A stretch of DNA of 63,099 nucleotides, filler included, from Rhabdomonas costata (GCA_019059605.1; 26 parts of 26 records of this genome joined end to end with filler, not necessarily neighbours in it); one strand, 5' to 3'; counted from the whole stretch's first letter, positions 10,591-25,800 are shown. Notes: generated by a model not told the origin, from the sequence alone. Made by a program: numbers and translations.

Positions 10591-11568
10591 TTAGCCATGC
10601 TTGCGGGTGGCTCCGTTGATGGCCAGCAGGTCCTTCAGCCGCAGCCTGCAGTCAACGTCGATCTTGGTGTTGCTGAAGCCCAGCTCCACCACCCGGGAGT
10701 TCTCCTTCAGTAGGGTCTCCAGGGCCTTGCCCGCGCCCTCGCTGATATAGTTATCGCTGACGTCAATCGCCGTCAGCGAGGGGTGTTTCAGCGCCGCCGC
10801 GGTGAGCGCCTGCGCCATACACATACGTTCTTGCACGCATGTTACTTTACATTCACGTCACTTAAAAAGTGACTTTGCATTTCGGATCGGAAATGGTTGA
10901 ATTGCGTGTGTTGTCTTCCGGCTGCCGGAAAGCCGACCTTTCGAAATGATTCTGCGACATTGCACCTTTTGGGACCTTTTCTGACCCCTTGATGAAGTCC
11001 AAATAAATTGCATGAGGTGGGCGGATGAGAAGGTGTGAAAGCGAATGTTTGGAAATTAAGGAGACAGAAAAACACTCTGGTCCTGGGACGTCTTCTCTCT
11101 TCTTCTTGCAAGTGATGCCAAGGCCATGAAGGTCGCCGTGATCGGCAACCAAAAGTATTGCCCATGGAGAGCTGCTATTATATTGCTCTTTTGCAAAAAC
11201 CCGCCAGTGACAGTATGCGTTAAAAAATCACTGATGCGGTCACGGCGCGTGTGCATGTCGCATCATTGGCACCCTAACCACGATGGTTACCGCGAGGCAG
11301 TGATCCCGGAGAAACTGCACAGCCTTTTTTTCTTCGCTCTGAATGCTCACGCCACAAATTAGTGCACTGAGCATAAGACCAAATGGTGAGCGTCAGGTTA
11401 GATGGGCAAGTTCCATAGAATGGGTCATGCTGGAGTTACCCTGCCAGCGTTGGCAGGGTAGAGGGTAGAGGTCGACCCTAGCTGCTTGCTTACCTTGATG
11501 GCATTGTTGCGCAGCCCATTCTCCGTGACAATCAGCCTTTGCAGAGTAGGCCACCGCTGCACAACGTC
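10591..11568 (-). CDS. Leucine-rich repeat (RI-like) protein, last two exons (11568-11494, 10809-10591)
   Basis: PTLQRLIVTENGLRNNAIK|ALTAAALKHPSLTAIDVSDNYISEGAGKALETLLKENSRVVELGFSNTKID...*; GT-AG, phase 0. Confidence 0.8.
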
Positions 11569-12163
11569 CTGCGAATTTAGAAGGTACACGAAACCTTGCT
11601 CACGTCTTCGCGCGTGCTTGGGTGCGTGGAAACTCGAAGAAAAAACATATATTTTCACCTCACTTTTCTCTCTCACCCAAAATCCTCCCTTGCTATGTTT
11701 TGCTTGCGAAAATGTCATTGTTCAGCGGTAGAATTAGCTATAAATGCGGAGGGAAGCGGAGGTCACGTGGAGGGTGAATACTGCGTTTGACAGCCAGGGC
11801 TACCATCACCTCAGGTTGGCATCAACATAGCGATTGTTACCAGGCATCTTTTTAGCCCCTCGTGTTTTATTTCGCTTGGGTATTTGGGATTTCTGACCTC
11901 TGTTTTGGTATTTGGTATTTGGGGTTCACAGAACGAGCGCAGCGAGTGGAGTAGCGCATTTTGGTATTTCGGTATGTGGTGGTTCTTTCTTGATATTCTA
12001 TCCTCAGGAGAAACGAGAAACGACAAAAAATCCCCGTGAGGGAACCGCCGGCAAAGCACACCNNNNNNNNNNNNNNNNNNNNNNNNNNNNNNNNNNNNNN
12101 NNNNNNTTAATTAATTAANNNNNNNNNNNNNNNNNNNNNNNNNNNNNNNNNNNNNNNNNNNNG

Positions 12164-13229
<1,066 letters not shown>

Positions 13230-14842
13230 GTGTGGACGTGGCCTCCCCCCCCTCCCCCCTGATGCCTGTCCTTTTTGCATGGCAATTATTGCTGTAAAGT
13301 GTCTCTAACTAAAATCGGTAAGAAGGCCAACCCCTCCTAGAACGCTGTGCGACACCGCTGCAGGATTTGTGTTGAAGGGCTCAGGGGAACTACAGATGCC
13401 TTTGGGGGAGATGCATTGCATTGCATAGCTGATTTATTTCCTTTTGCCTGGATCGGAGTACTCACGTGGCACCACGCCGGCTGGGGGGGGGGTGAGATGC
13501 CATATGGAATTTCCAAGGCCTTAGTGTCATGGGATAAGGGAAGAGAACCTCATCCCGTTTCGGTTCAGCCTGACCGACCGGAACTGTGGGGACCCTGCAT
13601 GATTTAGCGTCACTGCAGTGTTTTTCTTTTTCTTTTTTGCTCTCCGGCGTATCCGGGAATGGTTCCGTCCCCTCCATGGGTCTCTTTCCCTCCTTCACTA
13701 TTTTTCATTTGTTGTGGCCTGACGTCCGTCTTGAGTGAACCACTTTTGGCGGCGGCCATCCGCACTTCAGCATTGACGTCGGAGTGGGACCGGGCGTGGG
13801 GTAAGTGGGGACCTCTGATGGAACCCCTCCGATTGTTTGAATGTGACCTTTTTCTTCATCCCACCCGAAGATGTTTGTTCGATTGTGCAGCCGCTGCTTG
13901 GAATGATTGTGAAGGATCCCGCCTTTGTCTGGCGCAAGTGTGCGAAAAGCTTTGCTGAAGGCTCGAATCTGTTTATGGAAAAGAAGGACGCCCCCTACGC
14001 ACGAAGTCTTTGTAAGTCAAAGGAGCTTGTTGTCAGCATGCAGTATCCACCCCAACTGTGTACAGGTGGATTGGCTCCGGAATTGATGAGATCGGAGTGG
14101 ATGCCAAGGACCCCTCCCGAGTGCTGATCCGAGTTGGTACTAGCGTTTTTGCACTTTTCTTGTGTTTTATTTTCTTTGGCTGCTAGAAATTGTTGCAGGC
14201 AGTCGTCCAAAGTCGTCCAGGGAGGGGGGGAGGGTATGAGAGTTGCTCACGACGAAGGGGTTGTGGCTGCCCCCGCCCCCCTCTCTTCCCTCCGTTTACC
14301 CTTCCTTGACCAAGACCAGGCGTCTCTTTTTGGAGGCAACATTGCGACCACTTTTTGCTTACCCCCGCTGTGTTGGATTCATATCTTTTTAAGCCGACAT
14401 ACTGTTATAAAGCCGTGCTGTTGGGCGATAATGCCAGGCTACTCCCCCCAAATACTCCTGTTTTTGGGGCTGGCTAACGTGCAGACCCACACACNNNNNN
14501 NNNNNNNNNNNNNNNNNNNNNNNNNNNNNNNNNNNNNNTTAATTAATTAANNNNNNNNNNNNNNNNNNNNNNNNNNNNNNNNNNNNNNNNNNNNAAATTT
14601 GTGGTGGTGGTGGTGGTGGTGTGGAGACGACCCCAGGCCCCCTCGCACGAGCTAACCGAGAGTTTACCTGCTTCCCTCCAGATACTTCTGAGCGCCTATG
14701 CAATCCAACAGGGAGGGCAGGGGAGCTGAAGACTTAAAGTTCTGCCCCCTTCGCACATTCCTCGTGTGCGCACTCTGCCTGTGGAAATCTGTGTTTTGGT
14801 GATTTGTTTGAGTGTTTTAGGGGAGGGGGGGCGGTGTCGCAG

Positions 14843-15373
14843 GTCAATGAGGACTTCAGCAGTCCCCAGCGGAAGTTCAAGATTCCTGTCGCTGTCAGAG
14901 CCGTGGTGTGTGTGTGTGTGTGTGCGTGTGTGTTTCCGCGAAGGATTCTATTTCGTCTGAGCGCGCACTTGGTGCCCCGCTAGTAAAGGCACCTGCTCAA
15001 TAGTTTCGGAAGCGGGGAGCGGAAGTTCTTCTGATCTCCCGACCGGAGCCAGCAATGGTCCTGTGGATTGAGAACATCGGGGCTGATTTGCCTTGTTTCG
15101 TCCTCAGGTGAGGATGCGTGCGTAGTGGGTCACAGGACAGCAGTGTGTGTTTGTGGGGGGTAGGGGGTAGGGAAGTAACTTAAGCGCAGGTTGCCCAGCC
15201 CCTTGCAACTTTTTCTGAGCTCACGATAGCCACGTCTTTTTTGACTTTGTTATGTGTGCGGGGTGGTATAGGGCGAAAGTGTGGAGCGCGTGACGGACGA
15301 TAACCGGAAGCACGTGGTGGAGGCCTGCATCGTCCGCACCATGAAGTCGCGGAAGCAGCTGCACAACACCGAG
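14843..15373 (+). CDS. Cullin, C-terminal neddylation region (partial; exons 14843-about 14902, 15272-15373)
   Basis: VNEDFSSPQRKFKIP... and DDNRKHVVEACIVRTMKSRKQLHNTE match the cullin DRxxxIxAxIVRIMKxRK motif. Confidence 0.88.
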
Positions 15374-15889
15374 GTGTGGTGGGTGATTCTGGAGGATTTT
15401 GAACCTCCTTCTTTGGGCTCCGTCTTTGGTGGCGGGTTTGCGCGTTTATTGGCGGTGAGGCAAGGCATGGCGCGGGGGGGTTTGTCTCCTTGCAGGCTTT
15501 GCTTTGTGCGATGTGTATACATACACGTGTCTCTCTACCACTTTCATGTCAGAGCCATTTCCCTGGCCTTCCGCGTGGTAATGTGCGAGCTTCTGTTTTC
15601 TGACAGTCCCACCCTTCAACGACGCCCCCCCTCCTCTTCCTCTTAGCTACAGTCTGAGGTGCTGCGGCAGCTAAGAGGAAGAGGAGCAGCACACTGAACA
15701 AATGTACAGCGGTGGAGGACCGCGAAGACACGCAAAGAGGAAAAACCCATATTCTATTTGCAATGTTTCCCTTTCCCCCTCTGTTCTGCAAAGTATAAAG
15801 GACTTGGTTGCGCACATCATCGATAAACGTGCGTCTGAATGAAGGTGCGTCCAATTTTTGGAAAAGGCGCGTGAGTGGGGTTCCCCAAC

Positions 15890-16725
15890 CTGGTCGACCA
15901 CATAGACTTTCATGCCGGCCTTCAGCAGGGCCAGGGAGTACTTCTCCATCTGAGTGGCCGGGAACCCAGACATCCGCACCCGCCCCGACTTCAGCTTCTT
16001 GCTCGTCAGCACAATTCCGGCCACCGTGGACAGCGCAATCGCGTCGTCGAAGTACGCCTAACAACAGAGAGAAAATCCACAGATCCAGTTGCTTGGCGTC
16101 CCATCGCGGTCAGAACAAAACACCATCCTCAAATATTGAGGTCTTTTGCCCCACATAAATGTCACCATCCGCAAGGAAACAGGAAAAGTTTTGTTTGGTC
16201 AGAGTGGTCAGAGTGGTCGACCAGAAGGACGAATGAAAATTCAGTAGCGTAGTAGCGTGAAGTTGCAGCGCTTGTAAACTGGCCACCCGTCGTGATACTA
16301 TTCTAAGTTTGCGAGAGTTCACGTTTGGTTGAGTTTCACGCAGAGCAGGCATCCTCGTTTACCGCGCAGCACAAGGCCACACAAAACGCCACATGGCATA
16401 GCAACAGTAACAGGGTACGATGATTCTGCATCCAACAAGCAGTTTCGTTTTTCTCGGCTTGCACGCCGAAAAACGCCATCCTTTTCTGACCTGCGGTGCA
16501 AGAGGTGTCCAGGGAAGCCCATCCATACCCACCCCACACCTCGAAAAAATCTCCAACGCGGAAAAGCAGTAGCCCTTCCGGCTGCTTCTTCTTGTGGTCC
16601 ACGTACTGCTGCACCAAAGGTGGCAGGGACGGCGAGTCCATCGTCAGGAACTCCGACTCAGTGGGGTTCGCCGTGCCAGCCGCAGCGTCCGAGAAGTCTC
16701 CACTGGTACCCATCGCGAAGGACGA
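15890..16725 (-). CDS. MutS-family mismatch-binding domain I (MutS1/MSH1-like; exons 16725-16540, 16057-15890)
   Basis: PPLVQQYVDHKKKQPEGLLLFRVGDFFE|AYFDDAIALSTVAGIVLTSK...MSGFP...YSLALLKAGMKVYVVDQ carries the GDFxE mismatch-recognition motif. Confidence 0.9.
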
Positions 16726-18224
16726 CTGTGAACAGTGCCCCGCATGGCGACAGTAGAAGGAGGGTACTCTATCACAAGTTGACCTCACACCTTCATCAGG
16801 GTTGTGAGGCGATACCACCTCGGAGCCCTTTCGCAGCTTAAGAAAGGCGCCCATAGAACTACCATTGAGTATAGCCCGTCAGCTGTCCACAACCTTGGGC
16901 CTTCATTCATATGCAAACCCCACAAANNNNNNNNNNNNNNNNNNNNNNNNNNNNNNNNNNNNNNNNNNNNTTAATTAATTAANNNNNNNNNNNNNNNNNN
17001 NNNNNNNNNNNNNNNNNNNNNNNNNNTCAGATGTGGGATGCATAGGCAATGTCTTGTGTCAGCAGTGTGCCTCTATGTGTGTATTGACTGAGTTTATCTC
17101 TGGTCGGATTTAATGGTGGGTTGCGCACGCTCACGCTTACCCCCACTGAAAGGGTAACGGGAACGCGGGTCTAGGAATTGTTTGGGGATGTGAAGAGTTC
17201 TGAGGGATTTTTCGGATTTGCTGAAACATTTACTGATTCCGGCACAAAGTCACTCTTCACACTTTACCCTCTCCATGTATCGGCGGGTTAAATACGGGCT
17301 GGGGCTGACTGGTTTTGAGATGGGGGGTGTGTGATGTACAGACAGAGTTACCATTTCTTATGCCCCTTTTACTTCCCTGGTTTTCCTCGAGTGCAGCACA
17401 TTATCTGGAGGGTCCAGCTAAGATGATATGCACTTCCATCCCAGTGGATTGCGGGTTGTCCCTCTTCACTATGGCCCCTTTCGCCGAGACCCCTCACTTC
17501 ATGACGACTGACTTGTCTTTGCAGGGCGGATGCTTGTCCCTCTAAGGACAGCCAGATTTCCCAAGAGGTGTTTGCCATCTTTTTGAGGAAAACGTTCCTT
17601 CCCTTCGGATCCTGGCTAGTTCTCTCTGTGTTTTTTCCTTTTTGCTTGGGTTAATTATTTTGATACGTGCATCTGCTCTCTTTGGAAGGATACATTATGA
17701 CGTGACTTAATATACAACACTTCGTGTCTCAGGAACCAAAAATGCCATTTCCTTCGAACGCACTATCGTGCATGCTTCTCACAGTTTCACTTTTTGTCAC
17801 GCTTTTCGATAATTGAGGGGTTTTCGACTTCGTCTGAAACCCCGCTGCCGTCCTGTAATGTCGTTTCTTTCTTATAAGACAGACCACTTGGTTTCTGAAA
17901 GTTGAATACATACCGAATAATCTGGATGAGTTGTTCATTGTTCGATTTGATAATGCAACAATTGAAAAGGATTAGATGAGTCGCCAAACAAACGGTGCGT
18001 GCATTCTGATTCAAGGCAAAAGGTCCGACTCGGCACCTTTTCACACACAACCCCCTGTTTACCACCTCTTAGCCCTATGCTGCTGTTTTAATGTTCGGAT
18101 GCGCATAACCCCACCAAAATACAGCGTAGAATTTCAGAAACAATCACGTCTTCCCCAACAAACAACGCAGCCATAGGGTCAACTTTAAGAGAGGGTAATT
18201 GATGAGACCTTTCAAATTGTACAG

Positions 18225-19357
18225 CCGCGGGACGAGAGCGAAGAAGTGAGGCAGCTTCGGGCCACGGTGGAGGAGCTTCGGGCGGCGCTGGGCACCTCTC
18301 GGGCTTCGCCACCGCAGAGCGGAGAGCTGGATGGGCCTGCGTCCCCGCAATCACAGCAGCCCCTTGCCGGCACGCCAGGCCCCGAGGTTTTGGGGGGCAA
18401 AGTTAAAGAGCTGGAGCAAGGTCAAAGGATCTCTCCTCGCTGCCCCATCACCATCTGAATTCACCACAAAACAGGCAACCCACCAACCCACTCCAATGAA
18501 TGAGCTGCTACTCAAAAAACCTAACGCTCCCGGAACCCCACCGCAACTCAAGGCCTCCATCCGTGCAGAGCATTCTCGAATTTTTTGTACTGCCTTGCGG
18601 AGCCGTCGATAAAGCTTCCGCTGTGCTGGGGAAAGAACCGGCAGAAGAAAGGAAAAGAAGCAATAGTTTCCAAGGGATACACCTGGTGCTGGCCTGAGGG
18701 TGATAGACCTGCCACACAGTGTTTTGGGAGGCCCATTGGATACGCAAAAGGCCCCCGGGCCTGTTTCGGCTTTTCCCTTCAGCGATAGCGATGTGATGGT
18801 TCTCGCTATGAACCAGGTGGTGGTGCGCTTATGCTCTCTATCTCTCTGACTCGTTTTCCTTCACAGAGCTGCAGCGGCAGGCCGAGGCTCACGCTCAGGA
18901 GGTCGCGCAGGCTCGAACAGCGGAGCATCGACTGCGGCAACAACTTGATCGCCTGGACGGGGCCTCGGCGCGGCAGCTGGCTGGCCTGCAGGAGGCCCTA
19001 GCAACGCGGGCCCACCATGTGGCCTTCCTGTGCAAGGCGTGTGCGTGTGCCTGCATGAATGCCGATACACTTTTGTAATGTTATGCTTGCCGCTGCCAAA
19101 GGTGATACGACTCAGGTTGCGGTGTAGCACCTTTTCCAAGTAGGATTGATAAAATGCAAAATAATTACGTGCTTACTGGGGGCTCCTTTTTTTTTCAGAA
19201 GCTAGGCATTTCTGAGGGGGACCTGGACAGGCTCATGCCCCGCCCCTTAGCCACCCCAAGCAACAGCATCCCCAGTAGCAATGGCAGCGGGATAGCAGCC
19301 ATGCACACCGCCCGGGAACCCCACGGGTCTTTCGGAGCCCCCCCGGCCCGTCCTGCG
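18225..19357 (+). CDS. Coiled-coil protein of unknown function (exons 18225-18420, 18867-19036, 19199->19357); second intron is GC-AG
   Basis: EVRQLRATVEELRAAL..., ELQRQAEAHAQEVAQARTAEHRLRQQLDRL... The frame is kept only with the GC donor at 19037. Confidence 0.65.
18593..18783 (+). repeat. Dispersed repeat family R2, copy 1 (intronic)
   Basis: Shares gtgttttgggaggcc...aaaag-cccc-ggcctg-ttcggctt and upstream blocks with 54128-54330 (minus) and 35291-35400. Confidence 0.8.
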
Positions 19358-19457
19358 NNNNNNNNNNNNNNNNNNNNNNNNNNNNNNNNNNNNNNNNNNN
19401 NTTAATTAATTAANNNNNNNNNNNNNNNNNNNNNNNNNNNNNNNNNNNNNNNNNNNN

Positions 19458-21788
19458 GTGTTGGGTGTGGTTGGTGTGTTGGTGAGGTCAGGGTGGGTCG
19501 GGGCGCTGGTGTTTCTGAAGCTCCACGAGAAGCTCTGCCCAGGGCACGTGGTGTAGAACGGGGTGGCGTCCGCAACGAAAGGCTCGTAGACGTGGGCGTA
19601 CAGCGTGGGCCCGGTGAACGTGGACACTAAGGAGGAAAGGAGGAAAGAAGGAAAGGCATTAGCAGCCTTCGCGAGAAAATAATCTGTTCTAGGGATTCCG
19701 TGATAGCATGGAAGCGTTTTACGCCTAATGCTGGGTACAATTTCGCACGCACTTAGGTCACGTTGCTGTTTAATTCGAGTGATGTTTTACCTACGAAAGA
19801 GTTCTGTGAGATGGAGGAAGAGAAAGGTGATGGAAAACATTTTTATGTGCGCTGCCTGTTGCCTGGTTGTTGGTCACCGCTGAGGACGCGCTGTTGACCA
19901 CGGGTGCTCGCGAGAGGAGGCTGATGTGTGTGTGTGTGTTTTCCGACATGCTTGCCTGCGTTTAAACAGAGCAAAATGACACACACACACACACACACAG
20001 TGACGTATACCACGAACAACCTAACAACCGAACAACCGAACAACCGATAGGAAACAACGATGGTAAAAAAAACGGAAAATATGCATCTTGTCCTCCAACG
20101 CCCACAAAACTCCTCTTTAAACGTCAACCGCGCATTTCTTAAAAAGCCATACGGACGGAGCGCAAAGTTCTGACCCCAAATAAGAAGGGCTGTCGCTCAA
20201 AGTGTTAGTTCTAACGAAGACCCGCTGTGAAGCACTGGACAGAAGGCGGGCGATTGAAATTCAGGCAAGTTTTCTCATCAATTTTCATAAACCGGAAAGA
20301 TCTCGTTGTTATTGTCCGCACGACATCAAAAGAGAGTTTAAAAAATGTTGTCAAACGGAAGCGTTTCACCTTCTGGGCGATAGTTTTGGTTGGAAACGAA
20401 AGTGCACCAAGGACGATGCAAATGGAGCGAATAGCAATGCTCCATCGCTGGTGCGGTGTCGTACATTTTTGGGCCGCTGGTATTTGACTTCTTTTAACCA
20501 ATAACACCTGTAAACACGCACTTTTTGGCTTCTGGAGCTAAAATTTCACTACATGGTCAAATCCGTCACATACCATCGCAAAGTACGTTACACCGTAAAC
20601 TCAGACCTGCACCACACCGTATGGCCGGGTTTAAACCCCACCTTCTCAACAAACAGCCGGTTACACAATTCACACGTCGCATTAAAAGATCAAAACAATT
20701 ACGGAATCATCCGGAAAAAATCGCGCCTTCGGCGCAGTAGTCCGGGTTCATCACATAACATGTCCCCAGATAGCGGCATTTCTACAAGCTAAAAAAAAAC
20801 TTCGAATGAAAAACCGCCTTATACCATTTTCTAAGTTTTTGGGTGTAGCTTACCTTGCATGAGATGCTGTGCGGCAGCAGCCCAAAGTACGCCTCACAGG
20901 CAGGCATACCCAGCAAGGTTTACGATGCATACGCCATTGTACCCTCACTCGATGCATTCAAAAACCCGGTTTTGAGGTGCAATGTCCGTTTACAGGCTAG
21001 ATTCTGTTTCTGCACCAACTCTCACTTTTGACGTGACCCGGGACATATATGCCAGCCCCCGCCGGTTCGTCATCGCCGGATCTGTAAGTAGCAACAACTG
21101 CAACGATGAAGGCTGAGCGATTCAGTAATTCAAGCCAGAGTGAAGTCACAAAAGTAACATTTGAAAGCGACCGAGCATGAAAAAAGTCACCTAGGTTGTT
21201 GTTCAGTATTTGGAAGTACGCTGTCGTGCTGGTGTTGGTGAGGCGGTAGAAGGGCCGGTCCACCAGGGTCAGGTAGAAGGTGATGGCACTTTCCCCATAA
21301 AATGCGGGGATGGGGAGCTTTACCGTGGCGTTAGCATGGGGGCGCTGGGTGACGTTGTATAGGATGGAGGTCATCAGGGAGTTGTCTGCGAGTCAGCGAA
21401 GGCCACGGGTGTGGGACAAAATGCCAGAAGGAAAGAAAGCTCCCTGACAAACTGGGGTGTGGCGCAATGAGCACGATGCGGGGTGAGGAAGCTCCCATAA
21501 AAAACTCACTTCTCCAAAAGGGAAAGTCAACCCAATCACAGCAAAAATAGCGCTCATTTTTCGAAGCACTGAGTTTCTGACGCAAACCAGATATAATACA
21601 ACGATGCACGACACTCACAACTAATATAAGAGAAGCACAAAGCAAAACAGCAAACGCCAGCAGCAAATACCTGAAAACACAATCAGAAACAAGCGCAAAC
21701 ATTGCACCCAATGCGCTCACGCTCACGTCATGACCTACGGGATCCACGGTAGACAGATCGGGAAGGTAAGGACAAGAAACCCACCACC
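19458..21788 (-). CDS. Extracellular beta-rich protein, possibly REJ/PKD-like (partial; exons about 21788-21737, 21385-21191, 19626->19458)
   Basis: In-frame GT-AG joins, several NxT sequons, motif VADATPFYTTCPGQSFSWS. Family assignment tentative. Confidence 0.55.
20313..21042 (-). repeat. Repeat family R1, order A (21042-20580) then B (20579-20313), intronic
   Basis: Long blocks align by eye to 29797-30316 (A) and 29483-29751 (B). Confidence 0.92.
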
Positions 21789-22000
21789 NNNNNNNNNNNN
21801 NNNNNNNNNNNNNNNNNNNNNNNNNNNNNNNNTTAATTAATTAANNNNNNNNNNNNNNNNNNNNNNNNNNNNNNNNNNNNNNNNNNNNGGGTGGTTGTGT
21901 GCGGGACTGAAAAATCGACGCACCCGCCCTTCCGTGGTGCCAGCGCCTCAAAACTGGAGCACTGGAGCATAGCAAAGCAAAAAGTAAAAAGGATCCAGAC

Positions 22001-23192
<1,192 letters not shown>

Positions 23193-24320
23193 GGTCGGAG
23201 CTCTTTTCAGAAAACCCTATATGACCTACTCTCTCCCACAACAATGCAGCTTCAAAGAGAGGGAGAGGGAGAGGGAGGGAGAGAGAAAGAGTGAGGGAGG
23301 GGATGGCCCCAGCAACTCAGGTGGTGGTGGGGCGAGCAAGAGCACACACTGGGCAGAGTGCGTGTGCCTGGTAAAGGGGAAGAAAGCGAGAGAAACCCCC
23401 TGTGAACAATCAAAGCAAACCACCCTTTTGTATAACATCGCAAGCATTTCTTACCCTAATTCCCTGTGAAACATTTCACCAACTGGGCTGTGTTGTTGTT
23501 AGCCCTTCATATGTTCAGTTTTGCTTGAAAGATGAGGCTGCTCCACCACTGCACCCGCTACACTCAAACACCGTAACAGCTGACCCACATTACAAACCAG
23601 TCCCCCTGAGCAGAAGCCTCATAGGATCTCAAGAAGAAGAAGAAGGTTGGTTGCAAAGGTCCCAACTTTACGGGCACCTAATAAGGAAGCACCAACACCA
23701 CCGAGCAGCTTCTTTCCAGCGAAGAACAAGAGGGAGGCTCAATGGTACTACCACAACTGGAGTCACCGCAAGGTCAGACCCAATGTAATAGCGAAGAAAA
23801 AAACGGCAACAGTGGACACGACGAAGGTGCCGGAGAGAGTGGAGGGAGGGAGGGATGCAGGGTAGAAATGAAGGGTGGGCGGTGGTGCGAGCGTGATGCG
23901 CTTCCCTCGGGCACATCGTTTCAGAAAACATCCGATGGCACGAGATCCATTTTTCGGCACCAAAAGACAGCCCTTTGGCTACAACCAGAGAAGTGCAATG
24001 ATGATCCACGGTTCTTGGGTCGCCAGCGACGACTCAGCAGCGCAAGCCACACACTGCATCGTTTCTCGGCTCCTTGGGGTGGAAGGGAGCACAGGAGCAG
24101 AGAAAGTGAAGCCCGGCACCCGCGGGTGGCAGACTGGGGGAGGAAGCCACGCCCACCTGACACCCGCTTCCGTGAACTTGACCAGACGTACCCTTCACCC
24201 TCACAACGTGCCCAACAAAANNNNNNNNNNNNNNNNNNNNNNNNNNNNNNNNNNNNNNNNNNNNTTAATTAATTAANNNNNNNNNNNNNNNNNNNNNNNN
24301 NNNNNNNNNNNNNNNNNNNN

Positions 24321-25330
24321 GTGGGGGTGTATACCGTCGCCGACCGCGGGGTGTACTTCTCATCGGAGCCCCGAAGGCGGCTGGACCGGGGCTGCTCGTG
24401 GATTGCAAGGGCACGGTCATCGAGGTCGGAGAACTGCACCGAGAAGCTGCAGGTCAGCCCAGAGGTGGAGCTGCGGTGGGTGAGGCAGCTGCGCTGCGAG
24501 GTGAAGGATGGGGAACTTGTCCGGGTGGAGGTCGACGCGGTGGTGGGCTGCCTCTCACTCTGCTCGAAGCTTGAGGAGGGGGCCTGCCCCGCGGTGGGTA
24601 GGGTGCGGAGGGAGGGCACCTCAGGGGCTCTGGAGTGCGAAGAGACGGGGGCCGGGCTGGCGCCCGCGCTGCGGGCGACGTGCTGAGCCTCCTGGGGGGT
24701 AACCAGCTCGGTGTCGGACACGGAGAAGCGGAAACTGGAGGTCTTGAAGTTCTGCAAACGGGAATGAGAGACAGCATGTGCGCGTTTTAATATCGTATTC
24801 GTTCTGTGAAGCTCGGAAGGTTGGGGGTGCTGGTGGCCGTTGCTGTACGATTGCAGGAGAAGCTTTCCGGTTCCTGCTTAACACAGGAATGACCGAACAA
24901 ACAAACACGTCTGTCCCTGAGTCAAAAAAAAAGGCGTGCTTCCTGTTTCGGTGAGCTCTGGAATTGGGCTAGCTCTCGCTGCGTCCGGAACGGCGACTGA
25001 GTCGAGGTCTCAGGGAGCTGCTTTGCGCTTTCGGTGGAGATGCCAAGCAAACCAAAACATGACGGGGGGCTGTGCACACCAGTACGTTTGCGAAAGGTCT
25101 CTGTACGCGCGCCAAAGGACAAAGACTGACTGTTCGGTGGTTTAAATGGGCCACAAGATTGAGACTACGGCCAACAAGCCAATAATAATAATGTCAGCTA
25201 CCAAACACACCGTGAATCCATCGAAGGAAGCACGGCGGGGGCGGCCCGGCCCGATGATGGTCTGCGGCGAGGCAGACTCCCGCGGGAGGGCCCCTGAGGT
25301 GGGGAGGGCTTCCCGCAGAGGGATAGCCTG
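24321..25330 (-). CDS. Ser/Pro/Arg-rich low-complexity protein (partial exons about 25330-25212 and about 24751->24321)
   Basis: GC-rich open frame after a tttgcag acceptor (NFKTSSFRFSVSDTELV...); upstream exon ends at a GTGTGT donor. No recognisable domain. Confidence 0.5.
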
Positions 25331-25624
25331 TGCACACCCCCACAATAACGTGAACACAGAAGGAATCCAGCAGCATACCCGCACTTTAGGTGCAGAAAGG
25401 CAGTACGAATACAGACCGCCATATGTTCTGTCTCTCTTTGCAAGTATCTTGCTAACTTTCCATCAAGAAGGCCTCTTCCTCTTCCATGCCAACAATGATT
25501 TCAAACTGAGAGGATCGCCATATTGTTCCTATGTGTGCATATGGTCCAGCGACAGAAACCTTCTCAAACATAACTATGCGTTTTCCAATTTCCCCATCGG
25601 CCTATACCGCTTGCCACAACATGA

Positions 25625-25800
25625 TGTCACCCCTAATTTGAAAAACATTTGGCACTCCTTCGGCAGTCCTTCGTCCTTTTTTTATTTCTGTCTCTCTTTT
25701 TCCTCATGTTGACAATTTATGATGTTCTCGACCTCTGCGGGGATGAAGCGAAGCTTCGGGAATGGCTAAGGAGCTATGGGGTGCTCAAAGAGCTTCCTTT
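25625..25800 (+). mobile_element. 5' fragment of a Merlin-like element (TIR-like tgtcacccctaa + transposase-like N-terminus from 25706)
   Basis: MLTIYDVLDLCGDEAKLREWLRSYGVL is homologous to MLTPNEVLDLFNYQRNLREWMRGLGVL at 47467 (minus). The upstream motif matches the 4323-4368 hairpin arm. Confidence 0.5.
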
